Assembly (NCBI GenBank): GCA_038231435.1 | Contig: JBBRLJ010000025.1 | Span: 24,095 to 88,094, forward strand | DNA length: 64,000 nt | From: Planctomycetota bacterium | GTDB lineage: Bacteria > Planctomycetota > UBA11346 | Direction: 5' to 3' | Shown here: piece after piece, positions 10,138 to 19,593 of the stretch | How positions within the stretch are numbered: the first letter of the stretch is position 1 | Layout: every line of letters begins with the position of its first letter | Made by a program: the position numbers and the translations under genes | Notes under the pieces: model-generated | Seen by the model: only the letters and a program-made list of their open reading frames with translations | What the model was told of the DNA's origin: nothing | The model's database searches: none

Positions 10138-11274
10138 CTAGACCGTCCGAGAGATGCGGGTGTCCGAGATCCGGCGGTAGGCCGTGCTGCCCTCGGCCTT
10201 GGCGCTCGAGTTGCGCGTCCCGCCGATGGCGACGCGGTAGAGTTCGACCATGGCCTGGCCGACCAGCGCGAGATCGTAGCGCTCGGCCGCCAAGACCCGT
10301 CCGGCCTCGCCGAGCATGCGCCGGCGTTCCGGATCGGTGAGTTGGATCAGCGCTGCCGCGAGCGCCTCGGGCAGGTTCGGGGGCACCAGCAACGCGGTCT
10401 GGCCATCGCGCACCAATTCGGGCATGCCGCCCACCGCCAGGGCCAGCACCGGGCGGGCGCAAGCCATCGCCTCGAGCATAGGCACCGAGACGTGGTCGTC
10501 AGTCCCGGTATCGGCGAACACGTCGATGCGCGCAGTGAATTCCGCCGATGACGATGGCCCGACGTCGGTCAGGGGGATGGCGCGATCGGGGAGCAGATCG
10601 GCGACCAGTTCGATGAACCGCGTCGCATCCGCCGGCGACGAGGGACGGTACAGTCCGCGCACCTGATGCGTCGCCTCGACCTGTTTCAAAGCTGCGACCA
10701 GGCCCTGGATGCCGGAGGTGTGATCGCAGGGCCCGGTGAACCCCACGATCGTGCAGCCGTCGGCAGTCCGGTACGGGATCGTGCCGGCCGCCGTGACATC
10801 GATTCCTGGCGGTAGGAAACTGACGCGATCGCGGCCGAGCCCGACCTTGCCGAGATAATGCGCGCGATGGCTCTCGGTTGGGATCAGCACCCAGGCGACT
10901 CTCGGATCGCGCAGCAGCCGCGTGGCATGGGCATCCTCGCGGCCAGTCACGCTGACCACCACCGGCAAGCCGACCCGCCTGGCGAAATCGAGCGCCGCCT
11001 GCAATGCGTCGACGTCATGGACGTGGATGATGTCGGGTGTCCAGTCGGCCATGCGCTTGGCAGCGTCCGAGCGCGCACCGAACAGCGAAGCCACCAAGCC
11101 CGCACCGTAGGTGATCACCTCGGTCCCCGGGATGGACGGGGCCGATCCGGTGGCGGGTACGGCGAGGGCGGCGGCATGCCCGTTGCGGGCGAGCCAGCCG
11201 ATGAGCGCGCGCGGCGCATCGTCGGCCAGGCCGCGATCGTCTCCCATCACGTGCAGGACCCGCAAGGGGATCAT
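10138..11274 (-). CDS. glycosyltransferase family 4
   Basis: PDIIHVH and LEAMACARPVL..VGGMPELVRDGQTALLV motifs. Confidence 0.88.
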   Translation of the reverse strand: MIPLRVLHVMGDDRGLADDAPRALIGWLARNGHAAALAVPATGSAPSIPGTEVITYGAGLVASLFGARSDAAKRMADWTPDIIHVHDVDALQAALDFARRVGLPVVVSVTGREDAHATRLLRDPRVAWVLIPTESHRAHYLGKVGLGRDRVSFLPPGIDVTAAGTIPYRTADGCTIVGFTGPCDHTSGIQGLVAALKQVEATHQVRGLYRPSSPADATRFIELVADLLPDRAIPLTDVGPSSSAEFTARIDVFADTGTDDHVSVPMLEAMACARPVLALAVGGMPELVRDGQTALLVPPNLPEALAAALIQLTDPERRRMLGEAGRVLAAERYDLALVGQAMVELYRVAIGGTRNSSAKAEGSTAYRRISDTRISRTV

Positions 11275-11477
11275 CGGGGATCGAGGTCCGCGTCATCGGC
11301 GTACGGATCATTCTCGGACGACAGCGTCCGCCCGGCGATGGTGTAGCCGCCGTCGATCCAGCGCCCGAAATCCCGATTACGGCAGCGGTTCGAGCAGAAG
11401 GGGTAGCCCTCTGGCTTACGGCCGTCGGCGAGCGGCAGATTCTTCCCGCACGTCGGGCAGGCCTGTGTCTCGGGCAT
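11271..11477 (-). CDS. yacG: DNA gyrase inhibitor YacG
   Basis: CPTC...PFCSNRC..RDFGRWIDGGYTI. ATGA overlap with the downstream gene. Confidence 0.9.
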   Translation of the reverse strand: MPETQACPTCGKNLPLADGRKPEGYPFCSNRCRNRDFGRWIDGGYTIAGRTLSSENDPYADDADLDPR

Positions 11478-11593
11478 CCTTCCAGTGTCGCACGATCCCT
11501 CCCAGGGCAAGGAGTCGATGCGTAAGCATGCCCCGCAGAGGCTGCCGGGACTTGGGCGATGACGCGGCAAAGGCCCTGGCTACGCTGCCGTTG

Positions 11594-13018
11594 ATGCGCC
11601 TGGGGACCTGGTTGCCGATCGCCGCTCCGGTCTCAGCGATACTCGTCGCGATACTCGCCGGGGCATCGCCCACCTGCCTCGGTTCCGACCTATCAGTCCG
11701 TCTCGACAAGGCATTGCAAAGCATCCCCGAGGGCGGCGAAGCCGGCGTGGCGGTCTATGATTTGGGTGCGGACAGCTGGCTGTACCTGTCCAACTCCAGC
11801 CAGCCCCTGTCCCTGGCATCGACCACCAAGCTGCTGGTCAGTGCTGCCGCCTACCACGAGCTGGGTCCACGCTTCCAGTTCATCACGCGCATGGCCGCGC
11901 TCGGCCCCCTGAAGGCCGGCAGCCTGCCGGGTATCGGCATCGTCGGCGGCGGCGATCCCTGCTTCGATGGCCATTTCTACGACGACGACCCGGACCAGGC
12001 TTTCCTGCAATGGGCGAACCACTGCAAGGACATAGGCGTCACGCGCATCGACGGCGATGTGGTCGTCGACAACCACCTCTTCGCGGGCCCGATCCGTCCC
12101 GCGACCTATCCGCAGGACGCCGAGAACCTGCAGCGCTGGTACAGCGCACCCGCGAGCGCATTCGCGTGGAACGACAACTGCATCGAGGTGCGGATCCTGC
12201 CCACCGTCTCCGGCCATCCCGCCGATGTGCAGACCCGCCCGCAGTGCGGCCTGGTGCCAGTACGCAACCTCACCCGCACGGTCACCGGAAAAGGCGACAG
12301 CCACACCTCGATCACCCGCGACATCGCCGCCAACACCGTCACCGTCTCGGGCACCTGCGCGAAGCCCGGTGCCTGGTTCCCGTTGGCGATCGCCACCGAT
12401 CCGGACCTGCTCGCCGGCGAGCACCTGAAGCATCTCTTCGAGCAGGCCGGGATCGCCATCAGCGGCTCGGTCAGACTGGGGGCGGTCGACCTCAATGCCG
12501 GTCCGCTGCTGGTCGATCTCCACCACGACCTCCAGCCCGCGCTCACGCTGATGAACCAGCACAGTCAGAATTTCTATGCCGAGCAGATGCTGCGCCTGGT
12601 GGGCGCGCACCATGCGGGGGAGGGTTCGATCGACGCCGGACGCAAATCGGTGACCGAGATCCTGACCAAGCTGCTGGGCAAGGACGCCGATTCCATCGCG
12701 CTGCTCGACGGTTCGGGCCTGAGCTACGAGAACCGCGCTTCGGCCTCGACCATGGCGAGGCTGCTCATCGCGATGGCGCGCGGGCCGTATGGCGACCTGT
12801 TTCCGGCAACGCTCAAGAGCAAGGACTCCGGCAAGGCGCGCGGCGCGGTGAAGACCGGGACCCACGCCATGGCCTATTGCCTGGTCGGGTACATCGAATT
12901 GCCCGGTGGACGCCGCCTGGTGTTCGCCGAATTGCTCAACCGCGGAACCGCGAAAGACATCGGTTGGGCGAGCAAGCTGCGCGAGACGCTGTTCAAGATC
13001 ATCTGCGATGATGGGTGA
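11594..13018 (+). CDS. dacB: D-Ala-D-Ala carboxypeptidase/endopeptidase (PBP4, peptidase S13)
   Basis: Signal peptide, SxxK (STTK), SxN (SQN), DGSGLS and KTG motifs. Start chosen at ATG 11594. Confidence 0.9.
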   Translation: MRLGTWLPIAAPVSAILVAILAGASPTCLGSDLSVRLDKALQSIPEGGEAGVAVYDLGADSWLYLSNSSQPLSLASTTKLLVSAAAYHELGPRFQFITRMAALGPLKAGSLPGIGIVGGGDPCFDGHFYDDDPDQAFLQWANHCKDIGVTRIDGDVVVDNHLFAGPIRPATYPQDAENLQRWYSAPASAFAWNDNCIEVRILPTVSGHPADVQTRPQCGLVPVRNLTRTVTGKGDSHTSITRDIAANTVTVSGTCAKPGAWFPLAIATDPDLLAGEHLKHLFEQAGIAISGSVRLGAVDLNAGPLLVDLHHDLQPALTLMNQHSQNFYAEQMLRLVGAHHAGEGSIDAGRKSVTEILTKLLGKDADSIALLDGSGLSYENRASASTMARLLIAMARGPYGDLFPATLKSKDSGKARGAVKTGTHAMAYCLVGYIELPGGRRLVFAELLNRGTAKDIGWASKLRETLFKIICDDG

Positions 13019-13117
13019 TGGAGAGCAGAAGGGAAAGAAGTAGGGAAGAGGGAAGCGGAGAGCGCAGCGTGTGGCTGAAGTCCCGCTTCGGCTCCATCAA
13101 TCACCCTGCACCATGCC

Positions 13118-13163
13118 TCCTGGGGGCAGGCCGGAGGCCGATGTTGGGGGGCCGTAGTCCCCC
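13118..13163 (-). repeat. intergenic palindromic repeat family B, copy 1
   Basis: Reverse complement GGGGGACTACGGCCCCCCAACATCGGCCTCCGGCCTGCCCCCAGGA matches 30107 and 54624. Confidence 0.8.
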
Positions 13164-13172
13164 AACAAAAAG

Positions 13173-14027
13173 TTAGGCGGGCAGTCCTTTCCTGAACGCG
13201 GATGGCGAGATGCCGGTGTGGGCGCGGAAGCGGGCCGAGAACAGGAAGGGGTCGGCGAATCCGACGGCGTGGGCGACCTCGCTCACCGAGAGCGCGGGGT
13301 CGAGCAGCAGTTCGCGCGCGCGGTCGATGCGTCGGCGCATGCGGTAGCGCGCCGGAGATTGCGCGATGGCGCGTTGGAACAGCTTGCGGAAACGCTCGTA
13401 GCCACAGCCGAGATCGCGCGCCACGAGCCGTGGCGAGAGTGCGCCGTCGAGATCGGCGCCAAGCCGCGCGCAGGCCGCGCGCACCAGTCCGGCATCGCCA
13501 TCGCTGGGCCCGGCGAGCGGCGCCAGCAGATCGCCCAGCGTCGCCAGCAGGCGGCCCAGTTCGCGAGGCAGGTCGGCGTCGACGGCTTCACGTAGCGTGG
13601 TGATGCCCGAGCAGACGCGCCCGGCGAGATAGGGATCGAGCCCGCGCTCGACCACCGGCCGCCGCTCGTCGATCAGCCCGGCGGCGATCAGCGCGTCGCA
13701 CAGTCGCGGACCCACGGCGACGTAGCATTCGCTCCAGGCGCTCGCGGGATCGATCTCGGTGCTGTGGGCGCGCCCGGGAATGCGTTGGAAGACGCTGCCC
13801 GGAGCCAGCTCCCGATCGATCCCCGCGCCACGGTAGCGCCCGCGCCCACGCAGGACATAGACCGCGGAATAGACCGGCGGGTCGTAATCGCGGTGGTCGA
13901 CGCGGATGCCCGGCTTGTGCAGCAGGCCGTAGCCGGCGAAACCCTCACGCGCGGAGCCGCCGACGGTGCGCCAGGTATGGATCGAACGCGGCCACGAGGC
14001 GAGCAGGCGATTGAGGGGAATGCTCAT
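13173..14027 (-). CDS. AraC family transcriptional regulator
   Basis: Cupin-like N-terminus and double HTH ending VAHAVGFADPFLFSARFRAHTGISPSAFR. Confidence 0.93.
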   Translation of the reverse strand: MSIPLNRLLASWPRSIHTWRTVGGSAREGFAGYGLLHKPGIRVDHRDYDPPVYSAVYVLRGRGRYRGAGIDRELAPGSVFQRIPGRAHSTEIDPASAWSECYVAVGPRLCDALIAAGLIDERRPVVERGLDPYLAGRVCSGITTLREAVDADLPRELGRLLATLGDLLAPLAGPSDGDAGLVRAACARLGADLDGALSPRLVARDLGCGYERFRKLFQRAIAQSPARYRMRRRIDRARELLLDPALSVSEVAHAVGFADPFLFSARFRAHTGISPSAFRKGLPA

Positions 14028-14111
14028 ACCATTTCACACAGGTTGTCGTCCAGTGCGCTCATGGCAAGCGATGAACAGCGGATATTATCGGTTTTCACGG
14101 AGACCAGAACC

Positions 14112-14885
14112 ATGAGCACCGCCACCGCATCGGCACTTCCAGCATCCTCGGCATTGAGCACCAACCCCGCCCGCTTCGCCGAGGATGGCTACTGCGTCTT
14201 CCGCGGCCTGCTCGAGCCCAGCGAGATCGCCGACTGCCGGACCGCGCTCGACCGCACCATCGCAGAGCGCTCCGACGTGCGTTGGGAAAGGCTGACCGAG
14301 CCGCACATCAAGGACGAGTTCTGGCTCCGCCAGTGCTGCCATCCGCGCGTGCTCGACGCGGTCAGTTCGGTGCTCGGCGATGATCTGGTGCTGCTGATGT
14401 CGCACCTGATCGTCAAGCCACCGCGCGACGGCCTGTCGGTCGCCTGGCACCAGGACAACTCCTATTGGGAGTCGGTGGTCGGCACCGACATCGTCACCGT
14501 CTGGCTGGCGATCGACGACGCCGACCGCGACAATGGCTGCATGGAGGTGCTGCCGCGCACCCAAGCGGGACGCCTCGAGCTGCCGATGATCAAGACCGAC
14601 GGCACGGATCTGCTCGGCGTGCGCGTCGAGGTCGATCCGGCGGTCGAGGCCTCGCGCCTCTGCATCGAGCTGCGGGCCGGCGACGCCTCGATCCACGACT
14701 CGCACATCATCCACGGCAGCCGCGCCAATCCCAGCCCCCGCCGCCGCGCCGGCTACACCATGCGCTACGGCAGCGCCAGAACCACCCAGGTCGACGTGGC
14801 CAAGCACTGGGTCCCGGTGTGGTTGGTGAAGGGCGAGGCGCCGAGTTGGGCGGGATGGAAGGATGGGAGAGGAATCGGGAAGTAG
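14112..14885 (+). CDS. phytanoyl-CoA dioxygenase (PhyH) family Fe/2OG enzyme
   Basis: FAEDGY, WHQD, VWLAIDD..NGCM and IIHGS motifs. Divergent from AraC. Confidence 0.9.
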   Translation: MSTATASALPASSALSTNPARFAEDGYCVFRGLLEPSEIADCRTALDRTIAERSDVRWERLTEPHIKDEFWLRQCCHPRVLDAVSSVLGDDLVLLMSHLIVKPPRDGLSVAWHQDNSYWESVVGTDIVTVWLAIDDADRDNGCMEVLPRTQAGRLELPMIKTDGTDLLGVRVEVDPAVEASRLCIELRAGDASIHDSHIIHGSRANPSPRRRAGYTMRYGSARTTQVDVAKHWVPVWLVKGEAPSWAGWKDGRGIGK

Positions 14886-14916
14886 GCAGGGGACGGCGGA
14901 GAAGATTGAAGAGAGC

Positions 14917-14978
14917 GGGAAGAGGGAAGAGGGAAGAGGACCGCGACGGCTCTTATCGAGAGCTGAGAGCTGAGAGTT
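14917..14978 (+). repeat. heptamer tandem repeats (GGGAAGA x3, GAGAGCT x~3)
   Basis: Directly visible between convergent genes. Confidence 0.75.
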
Positions 14979-15011
14979 GGAACCGACTGTCGGTCGCAGC
15001 CGGCAAACGAA

Positions 15012-15040
15012 GAACCCCACCCGTTGTGAAGGTGGGGTTC
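15012..15040 (-). terminator. intrinsic terminator after the small basic protein gene
   Basis: GAACCCCACC/GGTGGGGTTC 10-bp stem followed by TTCGTTT on the minus strand. Confidence 0.7.
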
Positions 15041-15080
15041 GCTGAGATCGGCTGCCGTCCAGAGGGACCGGCGAGCGTGA

Positions 15081-15245
15081 TCAGGTCATCTTGATGTTGC
15101 GGACCTTGGGCAGATTGAAGATCGAATTCGTGTCCTTGGCCCAGCGGCCATCGGCCTTGAGGCGCTCGATGCGCTCGGCGCGGGAAAGCACGTTGCGATG
15201 CTTGCTGAAGCCACCCTTGCCGACGAACGTTCCGTGAATGCTCAT
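15081..15245 (-). CDS. small basic protein, PVC superphylum signature (TIGR04137-like)
   Basis: MSIHGTF...HRNVLSRAERIERLK..GRW....SIFNLPKVR, 54 aa, with GAGG RBS. Confidence 0.88.
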   Translation of the reverse strand: MSIHGTFVGKGGFSKHRNVLSRAERIERLKADGRWAKDTNSIFNLPKVRNIKMT

Positions 15246-15426
15246 GATGACCTCGAATGGGGGGTCGCACAGGATAGGGCGATCGATACGGGCGCAAGTC
15301 CCCAGGGGACAGGCTCCCGAGGCCGGAAACGCCACGCTCGTCAGGCCCCCGAAGACTCAGGAGGCAGTCCGGGACTCGAGCGGAGCTCTCCTCAACGGAG
15401 TTCTCCTCAGGGGAGCGCTCGGAAAG

Positions 15427-16305
15427 CTAGTGGGCGTCGGTGGAGGCGGCGGCCTGGGCCGCCGCCTCGGGCCGCGGGGTGCGCAGACCGATGGCGGGCT
15501 GCCGGCTCGCCTCCTGCATGCGGCCGCGCACGCTGGTCTCGAGATGCTCCTGGATCCAGGTGACCAGGCGCATGACCGGGTTCGCGGGATCCGGCGTGAG
15601 CGTGCCCTTGAGCGTGGCCACCGCCTGGCTCAGTGGCACGTTGCGGTCGTGGTACAGGACGCGGTAGGCGTCGCGCAGGGCGCGGATGTGGTCCTCGCTC
15701 CAGCCGTCGCGGCGCAGCCCGACCTGGTTGACGTTGCGCGGCTCGGCGGGATTGCCCTCGGCGACCATGAAGGGCGGGATGTCGAAACGCACGCCGCTCA
15801 TCGCGCCGACGAACGACAGTTCGCCGATCGACGCGAAATGGTGGACGGCGACCATGCCGCTGATGATCGCCTTGCGCCCCACCTGCACGTGCCCGGCAAG
15901 TTGCGTATTGTTCGCGATCACCACGTGATCGGCCAGGATGCAGTCGTGCGCGACGTGTGCGTAGGCCATGATCAGGCAGTGATCGCCCACCACGGTCTTC
16001 ATGCCGCCGCCAGCCGTACCCTTGCTGATGGTGACGAATTCATGGATGCGGCAATCCGAGCCGACGATCGTCTCGCTGTCCTCGCCGCGGAATTTCAGAT
16101 CCTGAGGATCCCCGCCGATGACGCAGCCGGGGAAGAGGATGGTGCGCGGGCCGATGGTCGCACGGCCATAGACGCTGACATGGTTGCGCAATTCGGCGCC
16201 GGCGGCGATGGTGACCTTGCCCTGCACGACGCAGAACGGACCGATCGTGGCCTCGGGATGGACGTCCGCCTGCTTGTCGACCACTGCCATCGGATGGATG
16301 GGCAT
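15427..16305 (-). CDS. lpxA: UDP-N-acetylglucosamine O-acyltransferase
   Basis: Hexapeptide repeats, PQDLKF, HVAHDC and LAGHV motifs. Confidence 0.95.
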   Translation of the reverse strand: MPIHPMAVVDKQADVHPEATIGPFCVVQGKVTIAAGAELRNHVSVYGRATIGPRTILFPGCVIGGDPQDLKFRGEDSETIVGSDCRIHEFVTISKGTAGGGMKTVVGDHCLIMAYAHVAHDCILADHVVIANNTQLAGHVQVGRKAIISGMVAVHHFASIGELSFVGAMSGVRFDIPPFMVAEGNPAEPRNVNQVGLRRDGWSEDHIRALRDAYRVLYHDRNVPLSQAVATLKGTLTPDPANPVMRLVTWIQEHLETSVRGRMQEASRQPAIGLRTPRPEAAAQAAASTDAH

Positions 16306-16411
16306 GGGCTCCCTTCGCTGGTGCCTATGGGCGAGAACGATAGGCGTATGATCCACCACGGTCAAGCTGGTTAATTCATTGTGTGACATCGAATTCAGGT
16401 AGTTTGGCATC

Positions 16412-17242
16412 GTGCTCGACCGCGCTGCAATCATATCCGCACCGGGCGTTTACTATGTTAACACCACCTCCACCCTCGCTCATCCAGTGTTCGGCCTAAC
16501 CGAGGATCGCGAACGTTTCCTCACGCTCCTCGAGAGCGTCAGGGCAGTGTTCGATGCACGCATCTTCGCGTACGTGCTCACCCGCACCGATGTGCATCTG
16601 ATCGTCCATCAGCGCGACGAATCCAATGAAGCCGACAGCGTCCTGCGCGCCCGCTGGCGTCGACTCGGCGCCAGGGCTCTGCCCACCGCCGCGCGCCTGC
16701 GCGCACGCTTCTGCTCGCTCGGCGGATTCATGCAGACGCTGCTGCAGCGGTTCAGCCGTGAATGGAACCAGCGTCATCGCTCGCGTGGCCGCATCTGGGC
16801 GTCGCGCTTCCGTTCGGCGCTGCTCGCCGACGACCGCGCCCTGCTCGCCGCGACCGGCTGGCTCGAACATGAACTCGGTGGCGCCACCGAGTCGACCTCG
16901 AGCCGCGGGATGCGGTCGATCCGCGAAGCGCGCGTGAACCTCGCGCCGCCGCCGCTGCGCATCGGCCCGGGCGAGCACATGTTTCCCACCGACGAGTCTC
17001 CGCCCGGCTGCTCGCCGCCGATGTCGCGCGACCACGACCAGTGGCTCGAGCGTTTCGCCACCGCAGTCTCGACAGAGGCGCGTGCGGCGCATGGCCGGGC
17101 GTTGCGTTCGGGCTGGGCGCTCGGCCGTCCCGAAAGCCTCGCCTCGGTACTGACGCGGCTGACGCGCGGCGGCGGACGTGGGCGCGGACGCAAGCTGCGC
17201 GAACTCGACGACGAGTTGGGACTCTGCGGAGTCTGGGGATGA
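16412..17242 (+). CDS. REP-associated tyrosine transposase (RAYT/Y1) homologue, catalytic residues substituted
   Basis: Y1-like pattern DRERFL..L..RIFAYVL..xVHLIV..FMQTL..WNQRH..RGRIWASRFRSALL. HUH reads DVH and the YIxxNP segment reads WLEHEL. Confidence 0.75.
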   Translation: MLDRAAIISAPGVYYVNTTSTLAHPVFGLTEDRERFLTLLESVRAVFDARIFAYVLTRTDVHLIVHQRDESNEADSVLRARWRRLGARALPTAARLRARFCSLGGFMQTLLQRFSREWNQRHRSRGRIWASRFRSALLADDRALLAATGWLEHELGGATESTSSRGMRSIREARVNLAPPPLRIGPGEHMFPTDESPPGCSPPMSRDHDQWLERFATAVSTEARAAHGRALRSGWALGRPESLASVLTRLTRGGGRGRGRKLRELDDELGLCGVWG

Positions 17243-17263
17243 GCACGCTAAGACGGACGGCGT

Positions 17264-18277
17264 ATGTCTGACACCGTGTCGTTTACCGAGATTTCGGGAC
17301 ATTGCCGCGCCGAGGGCCTGACCGCTCTCGCGGTCATCGCGCCGCCTGCTGGGCTCGATCCCGCCGGACTCGACCAGATGCTCGCCGATGGCGTGGGGGA
17401 CATGCGCTACCTCGAGGAGCACCGCGATCTCCGTTTGGATCCAGTCGGCTTGATGCCCACCGCCATCCGCATCGTCGCCGTCGCGCTCGCCTATTCGCCG
17501 AATCGCGACTCGCCGGATCGTGACGCGGCGTCGTATGCATCGCCTCTGGTGCGTGCGCGCTACGCCGCGGGCAAGGACTACCATCAGTTGCTGCGCGGCA
17601 AGCTCGCGCGCGTCGGCGACGCCATCAACCGCGCGCGCGATGCGCATTGGCGGCACCGTGCTGTCGCGGATTCCGCGCCACTGAATGAACGCACCCTCGC
17701 GCGCATCGCGGGGCTGGGCTGGATCGGGCGCAATGCGCTGCTGATCGCGCCCGATGCCGGCAGCTATCGCTTCCTCGGCTTCCTGCTCAGCGAAGCGCCG
17801 CTCGAAACTCGCACAGGATCCGCGGGCGCGGATCGCTGCGGCACCTGCACCGCGTGCGAGAAGCGGTGCCCCACCGCCGCGCTGGTCGGACGCCGCGTGA
17901 TCTCGGAACGTTGCATCAGCTACCTCACCATCGAGCACCACGGCGTGATCCCGAAGCATCTCGCCGAACGCTTCGAGGGGTGGTGGTTCGGCTGCGATCT
18001 CTGCCAGGAGGTCTGCCCGTGGAACCGCTTCGCTACGGCCGCGGCCGATCCCAGACTGACCGGCGGCGACGGCGACGCGGCGCTGCTCGCAGTAGGACCA
18101 GACTCCTTCGACCAGGTGTTCGCGGGCCGGGCGGTGCGGCGGATCGGCTACGAACGCTTCCGGCGCAACCTGCTGGTAGCCCTGCTGAGCCTGGGGCGGC
18201 GCGACGAGGCCCTGGCCATCCTCAGCGAAGGCCTGCCCTTGGTGCGGGCCCAGGCGCAAGAATTGTCGCTATCGTAA
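17264..18277 (+). CDS. queG: epoxyqueuosine reductase
   Basis: ARYAAGKDYH, GLGWIGRN, CGTCTACEKRCP and GCDLCQEVCPWN motifs. Confidence 0.95.
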   Translation: MSDTVSFTEISGHCRAEGLTALAVIAPPAGLDPAGLDQMLADGVGDMRYLEEHRDLRLDPVGLMPTAIRIVAVALAYSPNRDSPDRDAASYASPLVRARYAAGKDYHQLLRGKLARVGDAINRARDAHWRHRAVADSAPLNERTLARIAGLGWIGRNALLIAPDAGSYRFLGFLLSEAPLETRTGSAGADRCGTCTACEKRCPTAALVGRRVISERCISYLTIEHHGVIPKHLAERFEGWWFGCDLCQEVCPWNRFATAAADPRLTGGDGDAALLAVGPDSFDQVFAGRAVRRIGYERFRRNLLVALLSLGRRDEALAILSEGLPLVRAQAQELSLS

Positions 18278-18314
18278 CGGTTGTTCCCTTCGCGTTCCCG
18301 GCCACAATCCATCC

Positions 18315-18515
18315 ATGCAGGTGCGAGTGAACGACCAGGAGGTAGAGCTGCCGGAGCGGTGCACCGTTCTCAAGCTCTTGGAGCACTTGGCGTTACCATC
18401 GACCCGAGTGGCGGTCGAGGTCAATCGTGAGATCGTGCGCCGCGCCGAGCATCCGGTGCGAGCCCTGTGCCCCGGCGATCAGGTAGAGGTCGTGACCCTG
18501 GTGGGCGGAGGCTAG
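18315..18515 (+). CDS. thiS: sulfur carrier protein ThiS
   Basis: 66 aa, VAVEVNREIV, C-terminal VGGG. Confidence 0.93.
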   Translation: MQVRVNDQEVELPERCTVLKLLEHLALPSTRVAVEVNREIVRRAEHPVRALCPGDQVEVVTLVGGG

Positions 18516-18580
18516 CCAATGACGTACGTTTCCTCTTCCCCTGTCTGGTCCGCCGTGACCGACGCGTCTTGATAGCAGGT

Positions 18581-19117
18581 ATGAACCGGGATTCCCAACT
18601 GATCCAACGCCTGGTCGACGGGCTGCTCGCCCCGCATGAGGCCGACGCCGTCGAGCGGTCCCTCACTGATCGTGGGGCGCTCGCCGATCTGCAGGCCGCC
18701 CGCGGCCTCCACCAGCTCCTGTCGATGCAGGCGCATCCGCTCTCCGCCGACGAGCATCACGCGCTGATGGCGCGCATGATCGAGCATCTCCCGCGCGCGC
18801 TGCCGCAGAGCTATGCGAAGTTCAGACCGGTCGATCTCGTGCTCGCCTGCGCGGCGATCTGCCTGATCTCGGTCTCGTTCGGCGCCGTCGGCAGCTTCAT
18901 GCACGGCAGCGTCGTGCTGGTCACGATCGCGTGCATCAGCGTGGTCAGCGGCTGTGCGCTGGTGGTGCTCGCGGGCATGCTCCGCCGCGCCGAAGCCGGC
19001 TTGATGCGGCATGTGCTGCGCCGTCCGGTCACCGTGGGGCCATCGGACCTGCTGGTCTACCGCGCTGTCGGCATCGGCATGGCGCTCGGCGGCATGTACC
19101 TCGCTCACGCTTCGTGA
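18581..19117 (+). CDS. hypothetical membrane protein, anti-sigma-like N-terminus
   Basis: LIQRLVDGLLAPHEADAVERSL followed by about three hydrophobic helices. Confidence 0.65.
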   Translation: MNRDSQLIQRLVDGLLAPHEADAVERSLTDRGALADLQAARGLHQLLSMQAHPLSADEHHALMARMIEHLPRALPQSYAKFRPVDLVLACAAICLISVSFGAVGSFMHGSVVLVTIACISVVSGCALVVLAGMLRRAEAGLMRHVLRRPVTVGPSDLLVYRAVGIGMALGGMYLAHAS

Positions 19118-19122
19118 TCATT

Positions 19123-19427
19123 CAGGGGCTCCGCCCCTACGGCGCTGCGCGCCTACCCCTCGGGCTTTGTCGTGGCTCGTTTTCGCCGTGCCGGCGAAAA
19201 CGTGGGCGGATGGCCTGCGGCCATTGTATCCGCCCACCGCCACTCGGCGCCCGCCCCTTCGCGGGGCGATGGGGCCCCCGGCCAGAATGTTTCATGCAGG
19301 GGCTCCGCCCCTACGGCGCTGCGCGCCTACCCCACGGGCTTTGTCGTGGCTCGTTTTCGCCGTGCCGGCGAAAACGTGGGCGGATGGCCTGCGGCCATTG
19401 TATCCGCCCACCGCTACTCGGCGCCCG
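19123..19427 (+). repeat. multi-hairpin repeat family A, tandem copies 19123-19253 and 19297-19427
   Basis: Two near-identical 131-bp units starting CAGGGGCTCCGCCCCTACGG. Confidence 0.95.
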
Positions 19428-19593
19428 GTCGCTTCGCTCCGGTGGAACCGGGCGATTCGAGGGGACAGAGGGCGTCTGCCGTCCTTCTAGCCTTCCCACG
19501 TTCCGACCTTCCGGCCGTCCCCCTTCACGCCTCATCCTCCCTCCCTCCATCATTCCATCTTGATGGATCGATGGATCCAGCCATCATGGAGCC

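Noticed and set aside
11111..11593. N-terminal extension of dacB in the ORF track
   Set aside because: It overlaps yacG on the other strand, and the signal peptide begins at ATG 11594.
16412..17242. Active IS200/IS605 or RAYT mobile element
   Set aside because: Catalytic His and Tyr are substituted, and there is no tnpB or flanking hairpin ends.
19123..19427. Tandem repeats as a CRISPR array (also 63731-64000)
   Set aside because: Units are about 130 bp, only two per locus, with no series of unique spacers and no cas genes.
19430..19593. SAM riboswitch upstream of metF
   Set aside because: No recognisable SAM-I or SAM-II consensus, only pyrimidine-rich octamer repeats.
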